Shown: positions 1 to 11,749 of the stretch, piece after piece
Layout: each line of letters starts with the position of its first letter
Numbering within the stretch: the stretch's first letter is position 1
Assembly: GCA_965227835.1 (NCBI GenBank)
Contig: OZ245768.1
Location: 1,080,001 to 1,112,000, forward strand
Length of the DNA stretch: 32,000 bases
From: Candidatus Saccharimonadota bacterium
GTDB taxonomy: Bacteria; Patescibacteriota; Gracilibacteria; BD1-5; UBA6164
Direction of reading: 5' to 3'
The notes under the pieces: model-generated
Database searches by the model: none
The model's input: the letters and a program-made list of their open reading frames with translations, nothing else
What the model was told of the DNA's origin: nothing
Made by a program: the position numbers and the translations under genes

Positions 1-2
1 AT

Positions 3-356
3 ATAGGAAAAAATACTTCAATATGACCAAATACATATATAAATTGAACAAATTCTATTTGAAATAATTGTGAAATATGATCAAATAATGAAATTAAAAA
101 TAGCTATATATGAAATAATACCAAAATATCTAGTTCAAGCCATATATCAGATTCTATAGTATGAAACAATATAGAAATAAAATGAGGATTTATAACAGGA
201 AATACTAGAAATGATGACGGAAATATATCAGTATATATAAAATGAGAATTTAAAGATACTTGATTAAAAAATTTTTGATGTATTATTTGAGATAATTATA
301 AAAACTGAGTTAATTTCAGCTCTCAACCAGGAGAGATTTTAGAAATAAAAAAATAA
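3..356 (+). CDS. Hexapeptide-repeat (left-handed beta-helix) transferase, C-terminal fragment; 5' end lies off-window
   Basis: The frame is open from the window edge to TAA 354-356 only if 12 in-frame TGA are sense codons. With TGA=Gly it reads IGKNTSIGPNTYINGTNSIGNNCEIGSNNEIKNSYIGNNTKI..., the [LIV]-G-x4 hexad periodicity of GlmU-like LbH domains. Confidence 0.55.
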
Positions 357-366
357 ATATTTTTTT

Positions 367-1281
367 CTACTCCAACTCTTTTTCAATATCATCTAGTTTT
401 TCTTTACCCCTTTTATAAGCATAATACCATATAGCTACTTTTAATGCCTCAAGAACTCAAGTTAAATAACCCAAAAATAATATAAAACCTATAAAAACAA
501 CAACTATTATTATAAGAGTAAGAGTCTTTAGGATTTGAGTTGTTACAAATCATATAGCAATCATCATAATAATAGGAAATATAAGAAAAACTATAAAATT
601 AAATATAACCCTTATATTTAAAATAAACATCAAAAAATAAAGCTTAAAAGTATTAACCAAATTTATAGTAGCAATCTTTGAAGATTTTCATATAGAATCA
701 AAAACCTTACCATTTTCAAGCATTATTATATATTTACTATAAGAAAGAAACACATTTATAAATACTGAAAATAAAAATATAGCTAAAAATATATAGCTTA
801 TTTCTTTTATATACTGAAAATCAAAAAACCTCAAAATAAATAAATATCAATTCAAAATAGATAAAAATTTAAATTCTGAAAATAAGTTATTATATTTAAA
901 AAGTGGTAAAAATTTATACAGACCTATACTAACTGATTCTGATACTTCTAAATCTCAATCAACATCCTTTTTTGATATATATTTTATCAAAGCACCTTCA
1001 AAAATAGGTATAATTATTATATACAGTAGTATAAAAGCAAGAGCAAAAGCTATGGACTCTATAACATAAGTAGAATGTATAAAATTTATTAATTTATCAA
1101 GGATTTCTTCTCTTCTATCTGTTAATATTAAATATGTATATAAAGACTGGTATACAAGTATAGTAGTCAAAAGAATTATAGATAAAATCCCCGGAATAAA
1201 CTGCATTTTCTTTATTCTACCATCATCTTTTACTAGGTTCCAAGCAGGTATTACAATATCTTTTTTTATGTCTATTTTCAT
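367..1281 (-). CDS. Polytopic membrane protein, function unknown (304 aa)
   Basis: The track ORF 955-1281 continues through TGA 955-957 and four more TGA to TAG 367-369, in frame (915 nt). It has several long hydrophobic segments (ILSIILLTTILVY, IAFALAFILLYIIIIPIF, IFLAIFLFSVFINVFL, LIIIVVVFIGFILFLGYL). I recognised no family. Confidence 0.55.
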
Positions 1282-1419
1282 AAATCTGTTGTATAACTTA
1301 TTGAGAAATATATCACCATTTTATGAGAAATTATAATATTTTTATAAAAATAACAACTATCACTATGCCTAATATTTAATATTTTTTAATTATATAATTC
1401 CTATCTTGTATATACCCGT

Positions 1420-1580
1420 GTTCTATCCTTTCTGTTCTGTCCTTTCTCCTCTAAAAAGGAGAGGGTTAGGGTTTACTCAGAGAGGGTTAGAGTAAGTTTT
1501 TGCTAAGGTGAGATTAAGTTGTAGAGGGTTAAGGTGAGTTATAGAGAGTTAGAGTAAAATTTTATTTGATAAGGTGAGGT
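1420..1580 (+). repeat. GC-rich structured intergenic repeat, copy 1 (degenerate)
   Basis: Architecture: a CT-rich arm (ttctatcctttctgttctgtcc), a central hairpin (ctcct-ctaaaa-aggag, extended to gaggg) at 1441-1465, then a G-rich arm of GGGTTAGG/GGTGAGG-type units. The same layout occurs at 7943, 8731, 13771 (inverted) and 17331. Confidence 0.7.
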
Positions 1581-1783
1581 ATATTTGGAAAAATTTAGAA
1601 TAAGCTATATTAATCATTAAGATGATATATATATAAAGACATCTATAGTAAAATCTATTCAAAAAAACAAAACCTTTAAGGAAAGACAGAAGAATTCTTT
1701 AATTCCTATAAAATAAAAAATTTTTTAGTAAAAATTAGCAAAAAAGAATTGTTTTTATTTTAAATGAATTTTTCAGGGTTTCC

Positions 1784-4057
1784 TTAAAATAAATTACCAA
1801 CCAAGAATTTAAAAAAACCTAAAAAGCTCTTAGTATCTTTATCAACTATTTTCTCTTTTAAAATATATGATTTTGATAATGGATCAAATCTATAAGAGTC
1901 AGAAGGGATTAATTCTTCCAACTCATATCATTCTATATTTTTTATCACTAAATTTGAATAATAAGGAGAATATAAAGGCTTAAAAACAGCTTCCTTTTGA
2001 AGAACACCAACTATAGCTTTTTGTAACTCAATCATTTTATCTTTAGTCAAAAGACTAGATTTAAGATCTTCAAGTATATTATCTAAATCACTATTTTTTA
2101 TCTTGGATAAGTTCTTCCCTTCTCTTATTTGTCAGGAATAAAAATATTTAGATATGTTAAAATTGAAATACCCTAAATTTATACCTGCTAATAACATATC
2201 ATAATTTTCTTCATCATTTCATACTTTTTTTGTAATATTCAAAAGAGTTTCAGCTAAAATTTCAACCTTTATTCAAGATTCCTCTAAAACATTTGATATC
2301 ATAGAAGCAACATCTTCTGCTTGTTTGTTACCACTTATATAAGAAAGATTTAAAGAATAAGGGCTAAAATCCTTGTTATAATAGAACCTATCATCAAGCT
2401 CAGAAATTAGATTCTTTTTAATCAAATTTTCTTGATTTATCACAACTTCATTTTCTTTTTTTACTTGAGCTTTTTTAAGCTCTAAAAGCTCCTTTTCTTC
2501 TTCTATTTTTTCTTCTACCAATCTAGCAACTAGATCTGCTTCCCACTTCTCTAAGGTTTGTCTATCCTTATTATAAAATATATTTATACTTTCTTTCAAA
2601 GATTTCCTTCAATTCTCTACAAAATATATATCGTATTTATTCTCTCAAACCTTTATATTTCATATACCAGGAGATATTTTGTAATAAAATTTACCAACTA
2701 AAGGACTATATCTAGTAAGTTTATAATCATTTATATAAACCAAAGATACATTTTTATTAGTTTCTCATTCAAGTGTAATAGTAGGATTTGTAATATAGTT
2801 ATATTTATCAACCCAATCCGGACTTAAAATTATTTTTGATTTACTATTATAATTATCCTTTGTTATAGAATTTTTTATCTCTGTTATATTTATCTCTAGA
2901 ATATCTTCATCTTTTTTTATCTCAACTTCATCAGAATAGGTATTTATATCTTTATCTAGATCTACAAGACCTTTTAAATAGTAATCTTTTTTATAGTATC
3001 ATATACTATTCATCATTTCATCTATAGATGATTTTCATAGAAATGTATCAAGTTCTACTTCATTTAAAAAAGGTGATTTTATGGATTTATATGAGTTTTC
3101 TCATATTTTTTTTAATACATCTTCCCTGTTTATTTTTTCTAAAATATAGTTTCTTATATTAGGGTATTTTACCTTATCTTTGTTTATAAAAATACCTACA
3201 TATTGGGGTAAAATATAACTATATTTTTTCAATTTAGGTATAGAATTTCATATCAAATTTTTCTTATCACCAAATATATTTATACTATCTTTTTGTTGCA
3301 GTAGTGTAGTATAATCTTTGTAAAATTTGAGAATTATATTTTCTATATAAACAGGATTTCTTGAATAAAATTCATTTTTTTCTAAAAATATTTTTCTAAA
3401 TCAAACTGTATCATCAGAATCTACTTTTGAGATTTTATATTTTCAAGAGTAAATTCAATTAATAGGGGAAAAGTTACCATTAATATTTTCAATATCTATC
3501 TGTTCTACCACATTTTTTGGCAATATTTTTTGAAAAAATATATTTAATATATTTACATCATTTCATTTTGTTTGAAAAATTATACTGGATTTTTTAGGTA
3601 TTATTTCCACTTTTTCCAAAATAGATTTCATAATAGGATTTGCATCCGTTTGCTTGAGTATATCATAGGTAGCAACTATGTCTTCTATTTCTATATCATC
3701 TCATGAAGACCATTTCACATTGTTATCTAAAAAACACTCAATTCTAGATAAATCTCATATATCACACCTAGTAAGATCTCAAACTATTTTTCACTGAGCT
3801 ATATCATAAGTTAAAAGACTCCTATAAAGAATATGATTTATATATGAATTATGATCATTGTTTTGATATTTAAGAGGATTTAAGTCAGGAAAATCTCAAA
3901 CAAAGCTTTCAGATATAGTTCATCATTTTTGAGCAATCTCTTTACTATCATAATATATATAATTGTATATTAGATGAGATAAACTAAGAAACAAAAAAAC
4001 AACACTTATAAAAAATAAGTATTTTTTAAGTTTTTTTATTGCATATATTTTCTCCAT
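1784..4057 (-). CDS. ABC transporter substrate-binding protein, family 5 (peptide/nickel type), 757 aa
   Basis: ATG at 4055-4057 to TAA at 1784-1786. I checked every in-frame triplet across 2274 nt and found no TAA/TAG, only TGA. It has an N-terminal signal/anchor (KKYLFFISVVFLFLSL). SBP_bac_5-like motifs are present: VKWSSGDDIEIEDIVATYDIL, NPVYIENIILKF, and YDMLLAGINLGYF near the C-terminus. It contains the track fragment 2273-2599 in frame. Confidence 0.7.
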
Positions 4058-4163
4058 ACTATTTTTATCTTTTAGGTTTTAACAAAAAAAGCATAAGTGA
4101 ATTTTTCAAATTCTATTGAACAAAGGAATAAAGTCGTTTATTTTTCAGATTTTGATAATTTAA

Positions 4164-4373
4164 TTACAAAGTTATAAAAAGCAAAATACCATTAAGAGTA
4201 AAAATAACAGCCAATACTATACTAATATTTTGCAATATTTTTTCTCATCCTCTTTTACTCACTTCTCACATATCTCCACTCATAGATGAGATATTTAGAG
4301 TTACACTTTTATTTTGTAAAAGCACAACTATAGTAAGTAATATAGACAATATAATTTGTATGTTTAAAAGCAT
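4164..4373 (-). CDS. secG: Preprotein translocase subunit SecG (69 aa)
   Basis: MLLNIQIILSILLTIVVLLQNKS...SKRGGEKILQNISIVLAVIFTLNGILLFITL. It has two TM helices, the VLLQ motif and the RGxE..L..T..LA..F pattern typical of SecG, plus two in-frame TGA=Gly. Confidence 0.6.
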
Positions 4374-4376
4374 ATT

Positions 4377-4799
4377 TTATTTCTTAAAAAATAATAAAGA
4401 GTAAATTATGTTTAATATAGTAAATATTATAACCGCAATAACAAATTCTACTGTTCAATTTATGTCATATCATATTCAGTCTATAAGCAGTAAATCTGTC
4501 AAAATATAATCAAGGAGAAATAGTATAATACCATTTATAAAAAATACAACCAGACCGAAAAATAAAAAAAACAGAGGAATAGATAATATTTTTAATACAG
4601 GTTTAACAGTTATGTTTATTAAACCAAGTATTATTCCTCATAAAAGATATGTTTTCCAAGCTTCTATACTATTATAAGCACAATCAAGACATCAAAGTTT
4701 TATTCAAGATTCTAAATTTTTTAAATCATTTGCTCATAAAAAATAAGCAATAATAAAAAGTATTGAAGCATTTATTAATATGGATAAAAGTATTTTCAT
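4377..4799 (-). CDS. Phage-holin-family-4 / YvlD-like small membrane protein (140 aa)
   Basis: LLGGIILGLINITVKPVLKILSIPLFFLFFGLVVFFINGIILFLLDYIL resembles the PF04020 (Phage_holin_4_2) core. There are 4 TM segments. Its stop lies 4 nt upstream of the secG start. Confidence 0.5.
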
Positions 4800-4920
4800 A
4801 TTTTTTATTATAAGTTATATCTATTATATTATTTCGTCTAAGAATATAGTTTAGAGTTGAAAAATACAAACTTTTCTATTGGGAGTAGTACTCTTTTTTG
4901 AATATAAGAATATTGGTTTT

Positions 4921-5352
4921 CTAAATTTTTTTTATAAAACAATTATTATCTTTTATAAATTTTTCTGATTCGTCTCAAATATTATGTTTAAATTCTTCTC
5001 TGTAAAAAATATTTTTTATTCAAGATGATATAATATTTTTTGTACATTCATAACAAGGTTTGTGTGTACAATAAATACTAGCTCACTCTATCCTAACACC
5101 ATTTCTAGCTGACCATAGCAAAGCATTCATTTCAGCATGAATTTCATATTTTGAGGACCATTCATGATGTAAAGTTCTATCTTTTCATTTCATATAATCA
5201 TTACAATTCACATATCCACTAGGTGTTCAATTATATCATGTAGAAAGTATTCTGTTGTCCTTGACTATCAAAGCTCAAACTTTTATAGATATACATTTAG
5301 ATCATTTAGCTATCTCATAGGCTATATTTATAAAGTTTTCATTATCAAGCAT
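4921..5352 (-). CDS. dCMP (deoxycytidylate) deaminase, ComEB/CDA family (143 aa)
   Basis: The zinc-site motifs HAEMNAL and PCYECTKNI are present, along with LSTGYNGTPSG. In-frame TGA codons fall on the conserved Gly of GYNG. Confidence 0.8.
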
Positions 5353-5364
5353 TGTTTTAGTTTT

Positions 5365-5772
5365 TTAATTAATTGATCAAGTTCAAACTATTTCTTGTAA
5401 GCCATCTCATACTTCTTTAAGATCCTCTATAACATCTTTGGCTTTTTCAATCTTTTCTCAAGCATCTTCTATAAATTCTTTTGTTTGTTCATATTTTTCT
5501 TCCAAATCTTTTGCTGTCTTTCTAATATCGTCTATATCTTCTTTCAAGTTGTTTACTGCATCTTTAGCTCAAGAATAAGCTTCTTTGATTTCATCTTCTG
5601 TAGGAACATTGGTAGATAAATCTCCAAGCTTTTCTTTAAACTCCAATACTTCTTTGTTTATATGTCATATTCACAAAGTATCAAAAATTTTTTCTGCAAT
5701 GGATGGCTTTGTAAAAAGTAAAAATACATATAAACCTATAAGAAGAAGAAAAAACCAAATAATTTTTTTCAT
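5365..5772 (-). CDS. Small N-terminally anchored or secreted coiled-coil protein (135 aa)
   Basis: MKKIIWFFLLLIGLYVFLLF signal/anchor, followed by a charged heptad-like sequence (KEDIDDIRKTAKDLEEKYEQTKEFIEDAGEKIEKAKDVIEDLKE). The frame is open only with TGA as a sense codon. Confidence 0.45.
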
Positions 5773-6085
5773 ATTTTAAAATTAATACTTTAAAAAACAA
5801 GAAGTATTATAATTTAAAGAAGGTTTTTTGCAAAAAATTTAGAGAATGTTTGTATGTATTTTATCAATTTAAAATACAAATTTTATTATATCAAATTTAA
5901 AAACGATAAAATATCCTCTTAAAAACTAAATCTAAAAAAATACGGTATAATATTAAAATTTTATCAATATTAGGATAAATTTCTACTTCTCATTTAAAAC
6001 AATATTTTGTCAACTTAATTTTTTGGAAATAAAAAATTACTTATGATAAAATAATAAAAGCAATAAAAATAAAAACAAAAACAAA

Positions 6086-7006
6086 ATGACAAACGAAAAA
6101 AAAGATATCTTTGATATTTTTGAAGATATAAAACAGGAAGAAAAAGAAGTAAATATAGATTTTTCTTATCAAACAGAAAATATAAATTATAATACATACA
6201 GCTTCAATTATAAAATAAAAAAACAAATAAAAGCATTAGTAATATTAAAAAACTTATTGAAATATATTTCTACAAGCTTTTTGATATTTGCTGTTTTAAT
6301 TTTAACTACAAACTACTCAGCATATATAGAATTGCTTAAAAGTGATCTATATTCAGATAAAATACAAAAAGAATCAAGTTCTCTTATAAATTCGGTAGAA
6401 GCTTCAAAAATAAAATCCAGTATACAAGAAAAAGAAGAAATAAAAAAAAGAGTAGATGAAGAAATATCAAAATCAAAAAAATCAAAATATTCTTTAAAAA
6501 ACTTATCCCTTGAGACAAACAAGGAAAAACCAAAATTAGACATAGAGATAACACCATATGAAAACAGAATAATAATACCTAAAATCACAAAAAATATACC
6601 TGTATTGGACCTAAAGCAAAAAAGTGTATCTTGAGAGAAAGAGCTTGAAGATATTTTTATGAAAGAGCTTGAAGATTGAGTAGTTAGATATCCCGGTAGT
6701 TCGAAACCTGGAAAAAATTGAAATACATTTATTTTTGGACATTCATCAAACTATCCTTGGATAAAATGAGATTACAATGATGTTTTTGTAAATTTAAATA
6801 AACTTGAATATCAAGATGAGGTCATACTTTATTATGAACAAGAAAAATACACTTACAAAATAAAGGAAAAAAAAGTTATAAAACCAGGGCAAACTGATAT
6901 TTTAAAAAGGAATAAAAACAAAGATGAAATAACATTAATGACTTGTTGGCCTATTGGTACGACTCTTAACAGGTTAATAGTAATATGAGAAAGGGTTGAA
7001 ATATAG
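6086..7006 (+). CDS. Sortase-family transpeptidase (306 aa)
   Basis: The track ORF 6086-6634 continues through TGA to TAG 7004-7006. It has an N-terminal TM segment (STSFLIFAVLILTT), a catalytic His (FIFGHSS), the TLxTC motif (ITLMTCWPIGT) and a downstream Arg (LNRLIVIGE). Confidence 0.75.
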
Positions 7007-7023
7007 TTTAAAATAAATTATTT

Positions 7024-7296
7024 ATGATAGAAATAAACTACACATACAATTCAGTTGAAAAAATATTTAATGATGTAATACTGATAAAAGATTTTGATTT
7101 GATTTGATATTCAATACTTATTTCATTTTTAATTTTTTTCTTTATTAGTGTTACATATATACTACCTACTTTGTATATTTTTAAAGAAGAATATATAAAA
7201 AACAGAGAGAAAAAATCAAAAAAACTCCTTTTAAAACAAATAGTTATGCAAAAGGAGCTAGAAGATGAAATACTTAAAGAAGTTAAAAAGCATTAA
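7024..7296 (+). CDS. Small single-pass membrane protein (90 aa)
   Basis: ATG at 7024 to TAA at 7294-7296, with one TGA. It has a TM segment (ILISFLIFFFISVTYILPTLYIF) and then a Lys/Glu-rich tail. It lies 18 nt downstream of the sortase gene. Confidence 0.4.
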
Positions 7297-7329
7297 AGAT
7301 AAACTAGAATAATATTTTCAAAAAAATCA

Positions 7330-7405
7330 TGGAGCCATCAACGAGACTTGAACTCGTGACCTCTCCCTTACCATGGGAGTGCTCTACCAGCTGAGCTATG
7401 ATGGC
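7330..7405 (-). tRNA. tRNA-Thr (anticodon GGU), CCA encoded
   Basis: The reverse complement, GCCATCA-TA-GCTC-AGCTGGTA-GAGC-A-CTCCC-ATGGTAA-GGGAG-AGGTC-ACGAG-TTCAAGT-CTCGT-TGATGGC-T-CCA, folds as a canonical cloverleaf. The anticodon-loop positions 34-36 read GGT. Confidence 0.9.
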
Positions 7406-7435
7406 AGAAATTTTAAAAAAAATAACTTTTCTTTT

Positions 7436-7466
7436 CAAAAAAGCCATTCTAAAAAATAGAATGACA
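7436..7466 (-). terminator. Intrinsic terminator candidate downstream of rpmA
   Basis: On the minus strand, GTCATTCTA-TTTTT-TAGAATGGC is followed by a TTTTTT run, about 40 nt after the rpmA stop. Confidence 0.45.
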
Positions 7467-7501
7467 AAAGTAGCTATTTTTTATTTAAATTGTTTCAAAA
7501 T

Positions 7502-7774
7502 CTAAACTACAGAAACATATTTTTCTTTATAAATTCTACCATCAAATCTAGTCCTGTTTTTTTCAGTAAAAACTACATTTCATTCTTTAGTAGCAAATAA
7601 GGTAAAATCATGTCCTTGTCATACACCATCTCAAGGCCAAAATTTATTACCTTTTTGTCTAACAATAATATTTCATGCTATAGCTTTTTGTCCTCAAAAT
7701 AGTTTAACACCAAGTCTTTTGGCTTTACTATCTCTACCATTATTGGTGGATCATTGGGCTTTTTTGTGAGCCAT
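7502..7774 (-). CDS. rpmA: 50S ribosomal protein L27
   Basis: [61 protein letters not shown] matches L27 nearly position for position against E. coli ([28 protein letters not shown]...). TGA sits on the conserved Gly residues. Confidence 0.9.
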
Positions 7775-7942
7775 ATTTGTTTAAAATTATTAAAATAAAA
7801 TTTATATGCTTTTCTAGTAGTTTAATCAATTATCATTTTTTGATCTCCTATAAATATAAGACTTTTCTATACAACACGGGATTTTAGTCCTTTTTATTCT
7901 TTATCTCAATGTTTAAGTATTAAGGTTTAATAATTACCCTAG

Positions 7943-8145
7943 TTCTCTATTTTTTCTGTTCTATCACCTCTGTTCTGTTCCCTCTCCTTAAAGGAGAGGG
8001 TTAGGGTGAGGTTAATTTGACTTAGGGTGAGGTCTGCTCAAGTTAGCATAAGGTCTGTTCAAGAAAGGCTAGGGAATAGATTAAGATTTTTCAAAGAGTC
8101 AAAATCAAAAAGTATTCAATATTAGTAAGGGGCCAAGACACCTTA
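7943..8145 (+). repeat. GC-rich structured intergenic repeat, copy 2 (between rpsG and rpmA)
   Basis: CT arm (ttctctattttttctgttctatcacctctgttctgtt). Perfect hairpin CCCTCTCC (7980-7987) / GGAGAGGG (7993-8000). G-rich arm (ttagggtgaggttaatttgacttagggtgaggtctgctcaag). A terminal hairpin TAAGGGGCCAAGACACCTTA lies at 8126-8145. Confidence 0.8.
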
Positions 8146-8154
8146 TCTTTTGGA

Positions 8155-8586
8155 CTACCTAGCAAACCTAGCAAAAGCCTTATTGGCTTCAGCCATTTTG
8201 TAAACTTCCATTTTCTTTTTTATAGAATCTCCAGTTTCATTTGCAGCATCTATCAATTCTCAAGCAAGAAGTACGGGAAAACTAGCACCTTTTTTCTTTC
8301 TAGCTGCATCAAGTATCCATCTAGATGCAAGAAAAAGCTGTCTTTTAGTTTTAACTTCTTGTGGTACTTGATATATAGAACCTCATACTCTTCTAGGTCT
8401 AACTTCTATTTTTGGCATAACATTTTCCAAAGCTCTGATAAATATCTCTTTTGGTTTTTTCTGTCATTTAGATTTTATAACTTCAAAAGTTTCTTGCATA
8501 AGGTTATTAGCTAAAGATTTTTTACCATTTAGCATCACATAATTCGTAAACTTTGCCAAAAGGCTTTCAATTTTTGCATTTTCCAT
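8155..8586 (-). CDS. rpsG: 30S ribosomal protein S7 (143 aa; lacks the usual Arg-rich N-terminal tail)
   Basis: [18 protein letters not shown]...[18 protein letters not shown]...[12 protein letters not shown]...[15 protein letters not shown] aligns with S7 throughout. An in-frame TAA at 8623-8625 upstream rules out an N-terminal extension. Confidence 0.9.
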
Positions 8587-8730
8587 ATTTTTAAAATAAC
8601 AATTAATAATTATAAACGAAATTTAAAATATTTTCAGCAATTGTTAAACTTACTCTTTTAAATTTCTTTAGGGATAAATTTAATTAACAAATCTTTATCA
8701 CTATTCAAGATCTACTCAAAACAAATTTAA

Positions 8731-8910
8731 TCCTATTCTATCATCCCTTTGATCTATCACTTCTATTCTATCCTCTATTATTTCTGTTCTATTCCCTCTC
8801 CTCCAAGGAGAGGGCTAGGGTGAGGTGGAGAGAGGGTTAGATTAGGGTTAATTTTAGGTTAGGATGAGGTCTTGCCTAAGCTAGGGTTAAGTTTGCTCTA
8901 GCAAAGTCTT
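8731..8910 (+). repeat. GC-rich structured intergenic repeat, copy 3 (between rpsL and rpsG)
   Basis: CT arm (tcctattctatcatccc...ttctattctatcctctattatttctgttctatt). Hairpin CCCTCTCC (8794-8801) / GGAGAGGG (8807-8814). G-rich arm (ctagggtgaggtggagagagggttagattagggtta...ggatgaggtcttgcctaag). Confidence 0.8.
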
Positions 8911-9000
8911 TTCTAGGTTATTACAATGTCTTATTCTGTCATAACCAAAATATTGCTCGAATCAAAATAAGACTTACTAATTGGAACAATATTTCAAATC

Positions 9001-9417
9001 CTACTTAGGTTTTTTAGAGCCATATTTAGATCTACCTTGCTTTCTGTTAGCTACACCTTCACAATCCAAAACTCATCTAACTATATGATATCTAACTCAA
9101 GGTAAATCTTTTACCCTACCTCATTTAATAGCTACAACAGAGTGTTCTTGTAAATTATGACCTTCTCAGCCAATATAAGCATTAACTTCATATCAATTAG
9201 TAAGCCTAACTCTTGCAACTTTTCTAAGAGCAGAATTAGGTTTTTTAGGTGTTGCTGTATAAACCTTTACACAAACTCCTCTTTTTTGAGGACACCCTCA
9301 ATCTATAGCAACTTGTCTTTCTTTCAAAGAATTTTTAGTTACTTGCAAAGCTGGAGATTTACTCTTTTTGTGGGGAGTCTTTCTTTTTCTTTTTAGTAAT
9401 TGGTTAATAGTTGGCAT
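9001..9417 (-). CDS. rpsL: 30S ribosomal protein S12
   Basis: [60 protein letters not shown] is near-identical to E. coli S12. Six in-frame TGA all fall on Gly (for example 9166-9168, 9097-9099, 9073-9075). Confidence 0.95.
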
Positions 9418-9464
9418 AATTTAGTTTAGTAAATATTTAAGTTTCAAAATATATTAGAATTATA

Positions 9465-9863
9465 TTACCTTTTAGACCATTGCATTCATTTTCTAGCTTT
9501 ATGTTTTCATGGTTTTTTCCTTTCAACTTTTCTTGAATCTCTTGTAAGAAATCAAGCTTCTTTTAATATAGGCCTAAGTGATTCATCTTTAGATACAAGT
9601 GCTCTTGAAATACCTAATCTAATAGCTTGTGCTTGAGCTGAATCTCAAGATCAAGAAACTTTAATATCCAAGTAAAAGTTGTCTTTTTGTTTAGTAAGTT
9701 TTAAAGGAGAATAAACAACATCAAATAAATCTGTTCTTGAAATATATTCACTTATATTTCTTCCATTTATTATATCACTTCATTTTCATTCAAACATTTT
9801 TACTTGTGCTGAAGCTGTTTTTCTCTTTCAAATAGAATATGTATATTTAGCTGTTTTAGCCAT
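9465..9863 (-). CDS. rpsI: 30S ribosomal protein S9
   Basis: GKRKTASAQVKMFEGKG...GGDSAQAQAIRLGISRALV...[33 protein letters not shown] carries the S9 hallmarks, including the C-terminal ...SKR. Confidence 0.9.
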
Positions 9864-9877
9864 GGTTTAAAATAAAA

Positions 9878-10312
9878 TTATAATTGTATAGTAGTAGGTT
9901 TTTGTGCAACAAAACAGTGAGTCTCTCACTCAAAACCTTTTAGTCTAGAAATCATAGATTTTCTTAGTTTATTTTTTGGAAGCATACCCGAAACAGCCAA
10001 TTCTAAAGCTTTTAGTGGTTTTTTAACTAACATATCTTCCAAAGAAATTTGTTTAAGTCATCATAAATATCAACTATGTCTATAATAAATCTTATCTGTA
10101 AGTTTCTTTCAAGTTACATTGAATTTATTAGCATTTATGACAACAACATAATCTCCATTATCTACATACGGAGCAAAGTCTGGTTTATTTTTACCTTTAA
10201 GAAAAATTGCTATTTTGGATGCAAGTCTACCTAAAGTTTGTCATTTTGCATCTATAATATACCATTTTCTTTCATTAGATTTAATTTGTTTAGGCATTAT
10301 AGTTTTCATCAT
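9878..10312 (-). CDS. rplM: 50S ribosomal protein L13
   Basis: [48 protein letters not shown]...YYRHSGYLGGLK is the canonical L13 sequence. Confidence 0.9.
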
Positions 10313-10327
10313 TTTAAATTTATCTAA

Positions 10328-10690
10328 TTAAATTAATTCTAGCTTAACAAGTTTAGCATTATCTCATACTCTGTATTTTATAGGTATGATTCTTGTAAAT
10401 CAAGAAGTTTTTTTATCTTTATACTTAGGTGCTACATTCCTAAAAAGCTCTAAAGATGAGTCCTTTGTATAAATTATACTATTGGAAAATCTTATAGCAT
10501 TCATTTCATCTTTCGTATTAACAACATTTATCAACTTATCAATTATAGGTATGATAGATTTTGCTCTTTTTTCTGTAGTTTTTATAGATTTATGAAGAAA
10601 AAAAGAGGTTACTAAATTTCTCTTCATAGCATCTCTATGAGCAAAACTTTTATTGTTGAATTTCAAGTATTTTCTAACTTTATGTCTCAT
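10328..10690 (-). CDS. rplQ: 50S ribosomal protein L17
   Basis: The track ORF 10400-10690 (MRHKVRKYLKFNNKSFAHRDAMKRNLVTSFFLHKSIKTTEKRAK) continues through TGA 10400-10402 into GFTRIIPIKYRVGDNAKLVKLELI, ending at TAA 10328-10330. Confidence 0.9.
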
Positions 10691-10733
10691 TTTTAAGTAT
10701 TTAGATTGTAATTATTAATTTTTCAGACTCTTT

Positions 10734-11714
10734 TTAATCATCTCAAAGTAATCTAAGCCCTCTATCTGCCAAAGCAGCTCTAATTTCAGTCATAGCTTTC
10801 TTTCAAAATCATTTTATAGAAGAAAGTTTTGTTTCTGTACATTTAGTCAATTGTTCAACAGAAAGTACAGATCAATTTATAAGAGCATTTAGTGTTCTAG
10901 GGGATAATCCCATAATTTCAATAGGAGTATATGTTTCTTTTTCTAGTTCTACTTTTATCTCTTCTTTTTCTTTTTTAAGTAAGGTTCTTACATCTGATAT
11001 AAAGTTTCATCATACTTGTAATCATTCTTCATTGAATAGTCAAAAATAAGATTTAAGCATATCAGAGGAAAACTTAAGAGCTTCTACAGGAGTAATACTG
11101 GAGTTTGTGGATATTTCAATTATAAGTTTTTCTAGGTTTGATATATCTCAACTTCTGGTTTTTTCTACAAAATATTTTACATTGGAAACAGGAGAAAAAT
11201 TTGCATCAACAAGTATAATATTAGGATCTTCTTCTACAGCTTTCAAATCTTCAATACTTTTGTACCCTACATTTTTTTCTACTCTTATATCTATATCAAT
11301 TTCTAATCAATCTTTATCAATTTCTGTGATATATAAATCTTTATTAAGGATTTCTATACCTCAAGAAAGCTTTATATCTGAAGCTGTAACAACTCAAGCT
11401 TTCTTTTTATTTAATTTAATCCATTCAATACCTTCTTCTTTTTTGTCTAATATTAAGTCTTTTAAATTTAAAATTATATCAAACATACTGTCTTTTATCC
11501 CTGGTAAGGTTGAATACTCATGAGATACTCATTTTATTTTTACTCATGTTATCTTCGTACCAGGAAGACTAGAAAGAAGGACTCTTCTTAAAGAGTTTCA
11601 AACTGTTACACCATAACCTCTAGGAAGAGGTCAAACTTCAAACGATGACACATTACTTTCATTATCTTTTTGAGAGATTTTAGGAACTCATATTAGTTCA
11701 TGGATGATATGCAT
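10734..11714 (-). CDS. rpoA: DNA-directed RNA polymerase subunit alpha
   Basis: N-terminal domain: [28 protein letters not shown]. C-terminal domain: IEIMGLSPRTLNALINGSVLSVEQL...IKGFGKKAMTEIRAAL. It occupies the canonical position between rpsD and rplQ. Confidence 0.9.
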
Positions 11715-11749
11715 ATTGTTTTTGAATTAAGAAAATAACATAATTTTTA

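Noticed and set aside
1420-1580. The GC-rich repeats as insertion-sequence ends or MITEs of a known transposon.
   Set aside because: The window has no transposase or integrase. The two arms are not inverted repeats of each other (CT-rich versus G-rich), and I saw no obvious target-site duplications. A non-autonomous mobile origin cannot be fully excluded without genome-wide data, so the family is reported as a finding instead.
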